From the human T2T-CHM13v2.0 reference genome, Homo sapiens, in the NCBI RefSeq assembly GCF_009914755.1, contig NC_060930.1: 64,000 nt of DNA; one strand, 5' to 3'. Every line of letters begins with the position of its first letter. Position 1 is the stretch's first letter. The notes under the pieces were generated by a model that was given only the letters and a program-made list of their open reading frames with translations, was not told where the DNA came from and searched no databases. This document shows positions 29,383 to 42,399 of this stretch, piece by piece. Made by a program: the position numbers and the translations under genes.

Positions 29383-31069
29383 ATGAATTTTCTCTAGCAA
29401 AAGTGTATCATATATAAGAAAAGCAATAATTTAATCTCTTTAAATAGTTCTTTTTTCCATATAGGTTCAACAGTAAGAGTTGACTGTATTTTATGTATGT
29501 TTTTATATTGTATATTTGGTTATTCTTAATTAACCTACAAATTAATTTAACTAGAACAGCCATTCATTAGCCATGCCAAATAAGTATAAATGTATTGGAC
29601 TTAGAATAATTTACATGTAAAAAATATAGAGTCCACGAAGTATATTTATTCCTGGACAAACTGTGTACAAATTCTGTACTACCTATTACAGAGAATTTCC
29701 TTTTTCTAAGACATTTTTATAAGATTTTTCTCGACTATAACAAAGGGAGGGATATTGGAATGTTTGCTTTGTTGTACTGTGCAAATCTAAGAGAATCTAA
29801 GTCTGTGGTTCTTCATGTCCCTAGCCTCAGGAATCTAATTAAAGCTAGAGAGCCTACACCTGCTCTGATCCCCCAACACACACAACACACTGATGAACAA
29901 AATGTTGCAAAGAGTATTGGGGTTTCATTCACGCACTGAGGCCTGTGTATGGATTTTAGGATAAGAACCCAGGCTTAGGGCATTATTACTCCTCAAGCAA
30001 TGTTGCAGAGTATTACACATAGACTATCCTATATATTTATGTTTGTTATATCAAAGAAATTATTTCATTATTCTAATACTATTTTATCAATTCTTTTTCA
30101 AATTTTTTATTAAAAAGTTAATAACTCTGTCAAAACAATTATCAGAGTTAAAATCTCACTGATTTGAAACTTTAGTATGTTCTTTTTTCCTTTTTCTTTT
30201 GTTATCATGGAGTAACTAGCCAGGTGATATTTTATGAAAGCATATAGAAGATATGACTGATACAAATACAGGTGGAAAAGTATAGTGAAAAACAGAGTAG
30301 TGCCTCATTAAAATAGCTGCTTAACTACTCTGTCTATGCAAGGTATAGATGTGGCACAGACCTAGGAGGCTAGAGAGGGCTTTCCTATTTATATAATACA
30401 CTGTCTGGACATTGAACAAGTAATCCTTTGTGATTATAATCTTTATGTGTGTTCTGAAATGGATTGCTTCTAAGTGAAATACAACTCTGCATACTTTTGG
30501 CTTTATTAGTAAGAAAAGATATTTCTGAAGAAACTGAGGATATCTGAACTAAATTAATTAAGGAAACAGTGCACTCTTGTGATAAAATTTGATCTTTAAA
30601 ATGCATATTCCTTTGAATACCAATCTAGTTTTTTAAGAAAAATCCAAAGTTTTTGAGTTGAGATTTAATGGGTGGCAGGGAGGCAGGGGAACAAACATCC
30701 CAGGATATTCATTTTTTACTGCTATAATCACTCTGTATTTCAGCAATTGATTATTATTTTCAGTTTCTAAGCATTTCATATTTGAACTAGATGAGAAGTG
30801 ATAAGTATGTAGAATTTGCTTTAAATACTTGTTAATTTTGGATTTCTTTAAACTGTTTAAAACATTTATGCTGACAAAAGCTTTTCATGTATTTACATTT
30901 TGTAAATTTATATGCAGTAGAAACCTTTGAGTTATTTTTTGGAGGTGAAGAAAAACAATTTAGAGCCTGTTTACTTTTATTTCATCTGTTTCTAAAAGGA
31001 TTTGTGAATATTTTATCTTGAATTGCATAGAGATAATAATTAAAATTGGGACTTTATTCCAAAGCGTCT

Positions 31070-31600
31070 TGTTTAGATTATCTATTGCTCCATAGGATAC
31101 CAACACACAAAACTCAGTATCATGTCACTTATGGATTCTGGGCTTAGTTGGGTGCTTCTAAACGTGGGGGTCTCTCCTGTGGTTGCAGTCAGATGTCAGT
31201 GGGGACAGTAGTCTTCTGAAGGCATGACTGGGCTGGATGTCCAAGGGGCTCACTATGTCTTGCAGTTGAAGCTTTTAGCTCAACACTCAGCTGGGGCTGG
31301 CAGTTGGAGCACCTACAACACAAATTCTTCATCTAACCTATTCCTCACAGCATCTCAGGTAGCCTCAGATTGGTTGCACATCTTACATGGCACATGACTT
31401 CCAACAGGTAAGGAGTCGAAGCTGCCAGGCCATTTAAGGGCTACACCTGGAACTAACACAGGGTCATTCGCACTGCATTCTATTGGTCAAAGCAGTAAAA
31501 TAACCTCTCCAGATATAAAAGAATGGAACAATTAACTCCAACTCTAGACATATGAGGTGGGAGATATTGTTGTGTCCATCTTGGAAACTCAATCCACTTC
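31070..31600 (-). mobile_element. MLT1-family MaLR solo LTR
   Basis: tctattgct... gtggttgcagtcagatg... ttctattggtcaaagcag signatures. Confidence 0.7.
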
Positions 31601-31890
31601 ACATCTTCTATAATGTTTTATATTCAATAAATTTAACATCTGTTCTATGTGTAGATCACATGTAGGAGAACATGAAAATGCCCCTTCAATTATAATGAGC
31701 TACTAAAAACTAATGCTACTTTGAGAAGTGCTGTAACAGGCACAGGATCCTGCCTATTTCACCTCTAGTGATAGGCTCCCTGCAAAAGGATCAGAAAGAG
31801 TTGTGTCTAGGTAAGTAGAAGGGGTGGAAGGGAATTCTTATTGGGGATTTTGTGCCAAGCACTATGAGATGGATACTTTACCCACACTAC

Positions 31891-32008
31891 TTTTTTTTGT
31901 TTTTTAAGAGATGGGATATCTCTGTGTTGCCTAGGCTAGGCTCAAGTGATCCTCCCGCCTCACCTTCCCAAGTAGCTGGGACTATAGGCACACATCACTG
32001 TGCCTGGC
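31891..32008 (-). mobile_element. FLAM / Alu monomer
   Basis: T-tail then ctcaagtgatcctcccgcctc...tgtgcctggc. Confidence 0.8.
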
Positions 32009-32496
32009 TTTCTTCTCCATAATTTAATGAGATTTTATAGGTGAAGAAATTAAGAATTAAAATTTTTAAGTAAATTTCTCAAAAATCCTGATACTGTAAG
32101 TGGCAAACCACTTACAAACTTAGGATTCAAACTTAGGCCATTTGACTCCAAAGTGTGTGCTTTTTCTACTTTACATGCAAGAGTATTGCTCTCAAGGCTG
32201 AGAAATGAAAGTGAATGTCAAATAGTACACTGAAAAAACATAAAACAGTTCATCAGGTCTTTATTCTCATATATATCCTTCTTATAAAGGAAATAAAAAT
32301 AAATTCTATTTTACTTAAAAAGATTTTTACTTAAAATGTTTTTAAACACAGACACAGATTTGAGCATTTTTATCAGATAACGTTAAATATGCATAATCTG
32401 GTTTTGCACTTCTAGCCGAAATAGTGAGGACCATGTTCTGCTAGGAGAAAAAAGGCTTTCAAAAAGCTGTCTGGTTTTATAGGGGTATTCTACTGA

Positions 32497-32660
32497 AGTA
32501 ATTCTCAAAGTGTGGTTCTTGGACTGTCAGTTGACCTGAGAAATTGTTAGAAATGCACATCTTCAGGCCCCACCCCAAACCTACTGAATCAGAAACTCTA
32601 GGAGTATTTTTGAAAGCATTCTGGATAATTCTAATTTACCTTCATTTTGAGACCCACTAC
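32497..32660. mobile_element. MER5A
   Basis: ttctcaaagtgtggt...cctactgaatcagaaactct. Confidence 0.75.
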
Positions 32661-32767
32661 TCTACCAAAAGTCTGTTTTTGAAATATCATATTCAAAATG
32701 CAAAGACATTTTAGAGGAGGAGAAACACTGTGGAAATGGGTGTTCATTGTGGCTAAAGAGTTATCTG

Positions 32768-32811
32768 TGTTGTGCACATGTACCCTAAAACTTAAAGTAT
32801 AATAAAAAAAA
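32768..32811 (+). mobile_element. Ultra-short 5'-truncated L1PA (L1PA2/3-like 3' tip plus poly-A)
   Basis: tgttgtgcacatgtaccctaaaacttaaagtataataaaa; perfect TSD aaagagttatctg at 32755-32767 and 32812-32824. Confidence 0.92.
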
Positions 32812-35800
32812 AAAGAGTTATCTGGCTGGACATCACCATGGAGGCATAGACTCAAGCAACTCTAAGATTAAACGGTCCTTTGAAGCTGCCTGTTTCACAG
32901 GTTTGTAAATGTCTGATTGGCCAGTGTGTATCTCTGGGGCTCCACCAGAGGTCTCTAGGGTGGGGGGCATAGGAATTGTTAACATCATCATTCTCTGGAC
33001 ACACTTTCTTGTGAAAAGTGTCATCCAGAATAGAACCCAGTTATCAAGGTTTAGTCTGAAAATGATTAAAGGAGTGGAAATTATTGCTTTCCTGGTTCTG
33101 AACATTGTACTGATATTAATGTAGCTCTACAATCTAATCACCTAATTGGATAATACGGAGCACATGAAGATAAGATGCCTAGGGTTATAAAGGAGGACAC
33201 ATGCTTCTTACCCAGCTTTCTGGAGCAGAAATATTTTTCCAGAAACATGATATCAAAAGTACATAGTAGTAACTAAATAAATTGCAAAACATGGTCTCCA
33301 AACTTTTTATTTTACTTTGTCTATACTGTGGAGCCTAAGCTGACTGTAAGCTCTATATTTTGAAGTTGCTGACAAACAACAGCTCCTCCAATGTTATGCC
33401 TGTATGGCTGAGCTTTCAACCTGGTAAGATTACATCTCTCCCTATGAAATTGTACCTCACTGAGTCACCTTGTCGACTTTACAGCCTGTCCAGATATTAT
33501 TGTATGTGATTCTGTCATCAGATCCATCTGCTGACCCTCCCAGCTGTCAGCGTCCTCATTAAAGGATTTGTTATATTTTGAATAAAACCAGGCAGACCTT
33601 CAAAAACCTCTCTCCACATTTACGTTGTCTGTCCAGTAACCATGTCGGAAAGAGGAAACTAGGTTCTTTTAGAATGATTCATTCTGATATCATAGGAGAA
33701 AAAATAGGTTGTAAACTGATGGCAACAGGGGAGTTGACTAGGCCAAGTGCAGACAATATGGCGTGGTGGGATTGTGGGTAAACTATTACAATACATATGT
33801 AATACTGTCCAAGGACATTAACATCCAAAAATTTTAAAATACTGCCGACCCAAAATCATATTTATAGACTGTATTCAGCACAGAGTCAGGCAGTTTGATG
33901 GCTTTGGAGAGATAAAGGAGTCTGTTTGGCTTGTCTATACTCATTTAAACTGTTCGAATAATTTTTCTTTCAAAGAATTCCATAATATACACTTTTTCCA
34001 GGAATCCTCCTTTCAAAGGAGGAATGAAATCCATCATTCTGTATTCACAATACTTAACTAAATCTAGAGTACCATGCTTAATTGGTATAGTGTAAGAGTA
34101 AACACTTTAAAGATCATCAACCACAATGACATTTAAGATAATTGGCAACAGTTATTATTTGTTGATTACCTAACATGTACAAGGCTATATGTTAGGTAAT
34201 AAAGATACTATAAAATTCAAAAGTCCCTGCCCTCTGAGAGCCTGTGATTTCCAATGAAGCAGGCAAAATACACAGAAAATAATAGTAAGAATTCTGGTTT
34301 TTATATTTTATATTTTATATTTTAGGTCAACAAGTCTTAATCCTGGTAGCACATTAGGACTACCTGGGAAGCTTTAAAAAAAAAAAATACCAATGTTGTG
34401 GCCCTACCCCAAAACAATTAAATCAGAATTTTTGGAGTAGGGCCGGGATATGCAAATTAAATTACAGATCTGGAAATCAGATACTGTTAAAATGTAAATT
34501 TTGTATATTATGTTTTTCTCTCATATTCTGTACTTCATTTCCCAGCTTTTATTTGAGAGACTTTCCAAGTATTATGTTTAGCATATAGATTTTCACTTTA
34601 CACAATCTAGATATTCTAGATTTATTTATTTAATTATAAAATATTAGATATAAACCATATATTTTGTTATATAAACAGCAAATCTGTTTTAATACATTTT
34701 AATTTTATTTTTTGCCACCTATAAATAAACAAAATAAATTTATCTCTTTTATCCTCCAACAAATATTTCAGTGTCTCTTAGCAAAGAAGTTTCTTCTTTT
34801 AAGAAAATTAATTATATCATCTCTACAGCAAGTACATTTAAACAGTTCATCGCTAGGCATTTTAGCTGTTCACTAGCGTGCTCTTATATAACTTGTAAAG
34901 GTTGTAAATATTTAAATCTCTTCTAAATTATATTCTGCAATGGAAACAACAGACCTTATTTGGAGGCTGACCATGGAAGTGTTAGCATCCTGGCATCTCT
35001 AGTCCCCTCGGACAGCAGCTTTGAAAATTCTGGCCAAAAATCATGCAAACAGTAGTGATACAGTTAACAAGAAAAAGCTTATTCAGTGATGATAGAAATA
35101 GTGATGTGGCACAATTGTCTGTTAAACTGAAAAAAACTGTTTTTAATATTCAGGTTGTACTATACTTTTTTACCACGAGAGGTCCCTATATCCTGTTTGG
35201 TGTATTCAGGCCATTTGATGTGCATATCAGACTGTTGCAACACTTTGGTATTATTTCTGTCACTCTACATTAACCAGTTTTTTTAACATAGGAGAGCTAA
35301 ACTTTTATTCCTTAGAATCAGCTTATTAAAAGAATTTCCTTTAAATCTCATCTGGACCTAGAAAATATCAGCATCAAAGGATATAAGAGTGGTGGAAAAA
35401 CCAGGAAAATAAGTTACATAAAGTGGCAGTGAAATAGAATTCCTTTGGAGGTTAAGTGAAAACACAGGCTTCTTTGTGAGTTAAGAACAAACAATACCAC
35501 TCCTTTCCATCTTAGGTCTAAATTCCATTTTGTTCAATCAGTGTTAATTAGTATCATAATTAAACATGACTTTTTTCATAGGCTGCCTTAATCATACATG
35601 AATAATATTATTTTTATCACTTCAGTTTGGCTATATGGTACTAATCATACTCTTGCCTTGAATGTAAGGAAACATAAATGTTCCTGTGTCTGCTCCTGCA
35701 CTAATTTAGGTATTCATATGTTGAATACTTGCTCCATGCCAAGCAGAAAGATATATTTCTTGCCTTTAGAAGTTTATAGTTTCTTTGGGGGATATAATTT

Positions 35801-36276
35801 AATAGACAATTATAATCCATTGTAGTATGTTTAACATAACTCTTCATTTGATTTAATACCTTGACTTATTTCAATAAAAAGATGTTTCTATTTGTATAAT
35901 TATGTCCCCTATTCCTTTAATAATTGGAGGTTACAAGGGGGCAAAAATATTTTCTCCATGACAGTGATCTTTTGTAGTAAGAGCAACTCATAATCTACCA
36001 TTGGGTATGTGTTTGTACAGGGCTTGTCTTTTTTAGTTTGTTCATTTCAGTCTGGCTTATGAACAAAACAAGGACATCTCTGTTATGACTTCAGAGAATA
36101 ATTTTATCTGATTAAATTATTATATTGGTACTCTTTTGAATCAGACATTATTAATTGAGATACTAATGCAATTAACCTAGGTAAGAAATTTAAAATATTG
36201 TATTTAAATGCATATGCCTTGTATTTTTATTCCTTTGGAAATGTTAACAGTAGCTTTTTAATGGTAATTTATATTT

Positions 36277-36295
36277 TGATCACTAGATGGCACTA
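36277..36295 (+). promoter_or_regulatory. Candidate CTCF site
   Basis: tgatCACTAGATGGCACTA against the core CCASYAGRKGGCRS. Confidence 0.45.
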
Positions 36296-36839
36296 AGCAC
36301 ATATAGCTAAGAAAAAATAATTTTTTCTCAAGTTTTCTGAAAGCAAGTCTATGTTTTCAGCATTACACACTATAAATTTTTTTCTTACGTAGCCCATAAA
36401 ATTCTTCTTGCTACAAAAGCTTTGTTTTTCTAAGTGAAATAATCTCACATCTGACTCCCTTAGGTATAGTAAGTTACGAGAGAGACACAGCCTCTGAAAT
36501 TAGCAGTCATCCACTCATCAAACTTCTCTATTCTTAGCCATTTAGATTTATTATTATCATCTGTTTCTTAAACTGACCTTTTCTTACTAGTACTTCCTCT
36601 TCCCTGGGAAACAGAGAATATATTTTAATTTTTTTAAAGGGCTATTATATAGCCTCTGGCATGTTAAAAATAGATCCTAGAGATTCACACACAGAAGTTC
36701 CTGTAGGGCAAAATATAAAAAGAGCAAAAACTTTGTTTTTGTTTTTGGTCTTCTAAATATTATTCTCATATTGCAAAATATTATTTCTTTTGTTAGTTTT
36801 GGTCTGGTTATGATATTCATGCAATATATTTTCTGAATC

Positions 36840-37610
36840 ATGATGCTTTAAGTTGCAAATAATAAATAACCTTAATGTTTAAGCTATTACTAAATTGAGT
36901 TATTTTACACAACCAGAGGTTGTCCAGAAGTTGAATGGTACTTCCAGTGGTGGTTAGAGTTAGTCAGTGACTTAATCAGAAATCCAGTGGTGGCCAGGCA
37001 CAGTGGCTCATGCCTGTAATCACAGCACTTTCAGAGGCCCGAGGTGGGAGGATCACTTGAGCCCAGGAGTTTAAGGCTGCAGTAAGTCATGATCGTGCCA
37101 CACTGCACTCCAGTCTGGCCAACAGAGCGAGACCCTGTCTCAAAAACAGAAACAAAAGCAGAAACCCAGTGATGTCATCAGGGACCCAGGTTTGTTTCCT
37201 TTCATATGTCCACTCCGCCATCTCTGGTATATCAGACTCGTGCTTTGTGTTGATGATAACCGCTGCAGTTCTACATAGAATTTATAATCATGGGAAAGTC
37301 CAGTAGTAGAAGAGGGGATATTCCCCCCTTTATAGGTTTATTTTTATCAGTGGTATACATTACTTCAGGATCCTGCAGCAAAGTTCTCCTCAGGTCTCAT
37401 TTGCCATGCCTGGGTCCCCAGCACTTCCTAAACAATTCAATGACAGGAGGAGGGAATAACTGTGATAGGTGTAGACTGATAGAGACCCTTGCCCTTCCTA
37501 GCATCACAGACCCCCTCAGAGGAAGATGAAACCCGAAACAATATCAGAGCACTCCCCAGCAAAGAGGGAGATGGATGTGGGGAGGCAGACCACAATATTT
37601 GCTACCGTTT
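36840..37610 (-). mobile_element. Old MLT1-family LTR interrupted by an Alu monomer
   Basis: agttgcaaataa... gatgtcatcagggacccagg signatures. Confidence 0.55.
36992..37159 (+). mobile_element. FRAM-like Alu monomer
   Basis: Single arm; TSD cagaaatccagtg / cagaaacccagtg. Confidence 0.85.
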
Positions 37611-37658
37611 TTTGTTTTTATTTGTTCGTTTTTGTTTCACTTAAAGACTCTTCTTCCT

Positions 37659-37971
37659 GGCCGGGCATGGTGGCTCATGCCTGTAATCCCAGCACTTTGG
37701 GAGGCAGAGTGGGCGGATTGTGAGGTCAAGAGATCAAGACCATTAGACCATTCTGGCAAACATGGTGAAACCCCGTCTCTACTAAAAATACAGAAGTTAG
37801 CTGGGCGTGGTGGCACACGCCTGTAGTCCCAGCTACTAGGGAGGCTAAGGCAGGAGAATCACTTGAACCCGGGAGGCGGAGGTTGCAGTTAGCCAGAGAT
37901 CATGCCACTGCACTCCAGCTTGGTGACAGAGTGAGACTCTGTCTCAAAAAAAAAAAAAAAAAAAAAAAAAA
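37659..37971 (+). mobile_element. AluS (Sc-like)
   Basis: Full dimer, A26 tail, TSD actcttcttcct on both sides. Confidence 0.95.
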
Positions 37972-39039
37972 CTCTTCTTCCTGATGTCCTGATATTCTTG
38001 AAATATAACTGCCAAGTATTTCAAGTGTTTCATACTGGAGAGAGTCACGGATGTATCCCATATCTAGCTATTGCAGACTCTATCATTCAGTACAAGCTGT
38101 TTAACCTTTTTTTTTTTTTTTTTTTTTTTTTGTCTATGCATGTGTCCTTTTCCTAACAATTAGAGAAAGTAAAATCTTGAATCCTTTTTATCTGCTTATT
38201 AGTTCTATCATGCTCTGAGAACAGTATGTGTTATGAATCTAGTAACATTTCAACTAAATCTGCAATTGCCTGCTAAGTACCCACAACTTTAAAGGCATTG
38301 GGTCAAGCACTATGGGTAAGTCTGGCCAGGACATCTGGAAACACTGCCACCATCTGCCCTGGAGCTCAGTCAGACCCCGTGGCCACTCTAAAGGGGCAGA
38401 GCAAGCAACCCCGCTTCAGTGATGCGAGTCATTCATTGTTCCCTGTCAAATACAGTGCCTTTTGGCCTGTTCTGGCCTATTTTGCACCGATTTTTCCATT
38501 TTGATATCTCAGCACTTCTCAGAGGCTATAGAATGGCTCCCCTAGTATAGATTCCATCTGAAATAGCAAACTGTGACTCTGAGGAACTCATCGCCCTTCT
38601 TGGCTATTTATGCAAAAGATGTGATCCTGGTGCAATATCTGAGTGTTGATTTGTTTCTTGTCTGTATTCAGCAAATATTCATTGAATAATTAAAAGAGTA
38701 TTTGTAACAATTGATATTTCAAATGTAAGGTTTTCTCTTACAGCATTTGAAAATGCTGATCATATTGTGTTTCTTGTGTTACCTGTTTTAACAGTTTATC
38801 AGTTCTTGTCAAATAGCCAGCGAATATTATCAACTAACATTTTCAAACAATATTGTGTTTTCAAGTAAAGAACTATTCTTAAAAAGCAAGTAGTATTGGC
38901 ATAATTGCTAGGTCGGTCAAACCTTGTTCTTATCCTTTTAGTTTTATCTATAGATTTGAAAGAGATTAACTTGTTAGAGAATATATTTAGTCAAAAAATG
39001 TTTAAAAAGAAAAACCTCATTGATATTTTTATTTTTCAG

Positions 39040-39214
39040 AAAACTGTGGAATATATTTTCCAGAAATAAAAAGAGATCCAGGCAGATATTTACATAGTTG
39101 TCCTGAATCTGTGAAAAAATGGCTTCGACAGCTAAAGAATGCTGGGAAAATTCTTCTGTTAATTACCAGTTCTCACAGTGATTACTGTAGACTTCTCTGC
39201 GAATATATTCTTGG
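39040..39214 (+). CDS. NT5DC1: NT5DC1 coding exon (probably exon 7): (E)NCGIYFPEIKRDPGRYLHSCPESVKKWLRQLKNAGKILLLITSSHSDYCRLLCEYIL(G)
   Basis: Acceptor ttttattttt cag|A; donor GG|gtgagt; 175 nt, phase 1 to 2, open frame; contains HAD motif II (LITSS); recognised as NT5DC1 protein. Confidence 0.95.
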
Positions 39215-41019
39215 GTGAGTGATGAGTCATTCAGTTTTCATTGTCTTATGAAATACAGATAGCAAATTAGACCAGGGCTTTTTTAAAAGTGTCAGCCATG
39301 ACCATATCATTATTTTAAACAATGCTGAGTGACAAGTTGATTTTTTTTCTCATGACATACCTCAATCTCTGCTGACAGCAGCCCAACCAAGTACATTTTA
39401 GCAAAGCAGTGTTATTGGGGACCAGTATGCTCATAGCTCACCGAATGTCCAGGTTTTAGGTTTTCTAGAAGGTGGTAAACTGTATATCCTTCAGTTTTCC
39501 ATGAATTTGGTTTCTCATCTTTGGACGATGATTGAGGGACTCTGAGTTGTAGGTTATACTCCTCCACAGATACCTGGAGTACAGCCACTCTTTAGTCATT
39601 TCCGTGCGGAGCCATGTATTTTACTGTTTAACACAGCCATGATGGGATTGAATTCATGAGAATGAAGGCAGTATAATTGCATAGACTTTAAAGTAAGACA
39701 GACTTGATTTCAAGCCCCGCTCTGCAGTTTACTGTATTACCTGGGGCAGGTTTTATAACCTCTTTAAGCTTCAATTTTGCCGTCATAAAAATGGTACAGT
39801 AATTCCTTGTGGGTATGAGGGGATATTTAAATAGCATAATACAGGTAGAGAATTAGACAGGAATAGTTGATAGACTTCAGTGTGTAAATACTTATTCTTG
39901 TGGGAAATACCAGGAAATGTCTATGGTCAAAGCGAGATTCTACCTGAGTCATTAGGTCTCCCCTAATGTTTCCTCAAATTCCATCAAATACCGAATTGCC
40001 ATGAGTATGGAGCAAGTTTGAGCCTTAAAACCTACCTTCACCAGCCCTTTTAGCATCATGATTTCCATGTTCCTTAGCATGTGTGGCTTTAGTTTCTTCT
40101 ATGGTATGCTTAGAATCTGTGAGTAGAATTCCTGCTTTCTGAATAATATACAGGCTGATACATAATAATGCATCTTTTGGGTGAATTAAGGCTAAAGTCC
40201 TGGATGTCTTAGAAGGTGCCTCTCATAGAGACATTTGCTATCCTAGTAGTGGGCCCATGCTTTAAAATGAACAATCTGGATTTTAATTCCTTTTTTATTA
40301 GCATAGATAACCATAGTCTTTCTTCATCTTAATTTCTATGTATTGCTGTTTGGATTTGTAAAAGTATTCTAGAATGTTGGGTAAATACTGTTTCCCCCAT
40401 TGTAATAGTGAGTCCTTCAGGAGAAGGGCTACCTTGCCTTTGCCATCAAAAGTAATCCTTAATATAATGCTAACTACAGATTTAAAATCATTAATTATTG
40501 TCATACAAAAGTTACCACATTATAAGACTACACTGATTGTCAAATAAAGTGTCTTCTTCACATTTGAAGCACTCTCTGAAAGATGACCATGACTTGCTAT
40601 AATGCTGCTTTCTGTGGGACCCATGTAACACACAAAATTGTTAACTCTTCAAGCTAACAAAGCCAGCCAGTTTCAGGCCCCCAAATTTGAAGATAGATTT
40701 TCCAAATATTTCCAGCTGTTAGAAACTATTGAGTTCACTACCAAAGCCAGCTTGGTACCTAGAGTCTGTGTGCTACTCTCTTTTTTTTCCTGATTATGTT
40801 TATACTTCAAAGAGTTGTCAGGAAGACTAGTACTCACCCACCTTCTATTTCCAGTGGAATGTTCACCTTAAAGTGTGTGAGAAAAATATAAAGCATGTAA
40901 AAGTTAGTCAAAAGATAAATGATGCTGTGGTAAAATAGATAAGCAAAGATCAAGTTCTGTTTTATATGGACCTTTTCTAATTCTTAAAATAAACTTATGA
41001 AAAATTGTGTTGCTTTTAG

Positions 41020-41117
41020 GAATGATTTTACAGACCTTTTTGACATTGTGATTACAAATGCATTGAAGCCTGGTTTCTTCTCCCACTTACCAAGTCAGAG
41101 ACCTTTCCGGACACTCG
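41020..41117 (+). CDS. NT5DC1: NT5DC1 coding exon (probably exon 8): NDFTDLFDIVITNALKPGFFSHLPSQRPFRTL
   Basis: Acceptor gcttttag|G; donor CTCG|gtaagt; 98 nt, phase 2 to 1; FDIVITNALKPGFF is the cN-II-family motif III Lys; overlaps ORF 40997-41236. Confidence 0.95.
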
Positions 41118-42399
41118 GTAAGTTACATTTGGTTTCTTTCTTTTCCTGTATACAGTTGGCTAACAACCTTGTGCAGAACACTGTGTTGCATGCAATGCCA
41201 TGTCTTCTTTCCTCTCATGGGGAAGAAAAAAGATAATAAACCTATGTTTGTATTAAATTTTATGCTACCGCTTTATATCACAATTATTTCTTTGCATGTC
41301 AGTCTCTCCCCAACTTTAAAAATGAAGGGCATGAACTTCACCTTAGTTTTTAGGGCCTAAATAAATGCCTCGATAAATATTTGAAGGATGGATTACTTGT
41401 GATAAATCAGTCAAGTTATCTTCTAGAACAAAAGCGCCTGTGGAACACATGAGGATCATAACAAATGAAACATTCCTCTCTCTGGGGAACAGGCAAGGCC
41501 TTCCTGAAAGGTTATTTAGAATTGTCATTCATGTAGAAGAGACTGATAGGGAGAGAGGTGGAATGAAAGGGATTTGCAGATGAAAAAGAATGATAGTAGA
41601 GTGAGGTACTCATAGTAGGTGTTCTTGAAAGCTTCTTGAATAAATACATAAATGAATAAAAAGAAGAGCCTGATCCGGAATAGAGAAGTTATAGTTTTTG
41701 GGGAGTGAAAGACAGTGTTTTGATATCTGTTGTGTCTTTTATTTCTATTTAAGTAGTTTCAAATAAGCTCAATGATATATTAACATTTGAGGACCATTCA
41801 GAAGTTCTCTTAGGAGATGAACATCTAAAATAAATCCAGGATGGTTGGAAATTGAAACACACTTAATGGTTGCAAATGCACATAAATGTATAAAAGATTA
41901 TTAACAAATAAAATTTATAGATCTACCTAGAAATCTAGCTGTATTTTAAACAGAATGATAAAATTAACATACATGCATATTATATGCAAAATATATATAA
42001 GTGTCCACCATAATATATGATTTATAATTTTACTTTTGATTCATATGCTTGGCATTATATAACAACCTGGGCCAGGTTGGACTGATATTTAATATACATT
42101 TCTCTACTTTCCCATGGCCACACACTATCCTGCTTTGAAATAAAATTTAAAATTTCCCAAAAAAGTGTTCATGTGAGTCAGATGGATTTAATACATTTAT
42201 TTAATATGGTAATACAGTATTATTTACTTTGAACTTTGCTATTCAAAAGCCTGATTCAGTTCTAGGCATTTGATAGTAGCTCAGTACTCAGTGGTGGGCT
42301 TATGAACAGTGAAATCTAAGTGAGGTTCATGGTAGCACGTGTCAAGCACCAAGGCATTTTCTGTGCACCAGACAGATGTGTGAACATGTGAGCACATCA

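Noticed and set aside
1-39039. COL10A1 coding sequence expected in this intron
   Set aside because: No Gly-X-Y or C1q-domain ORF on either strand; the gene body is outside the window.
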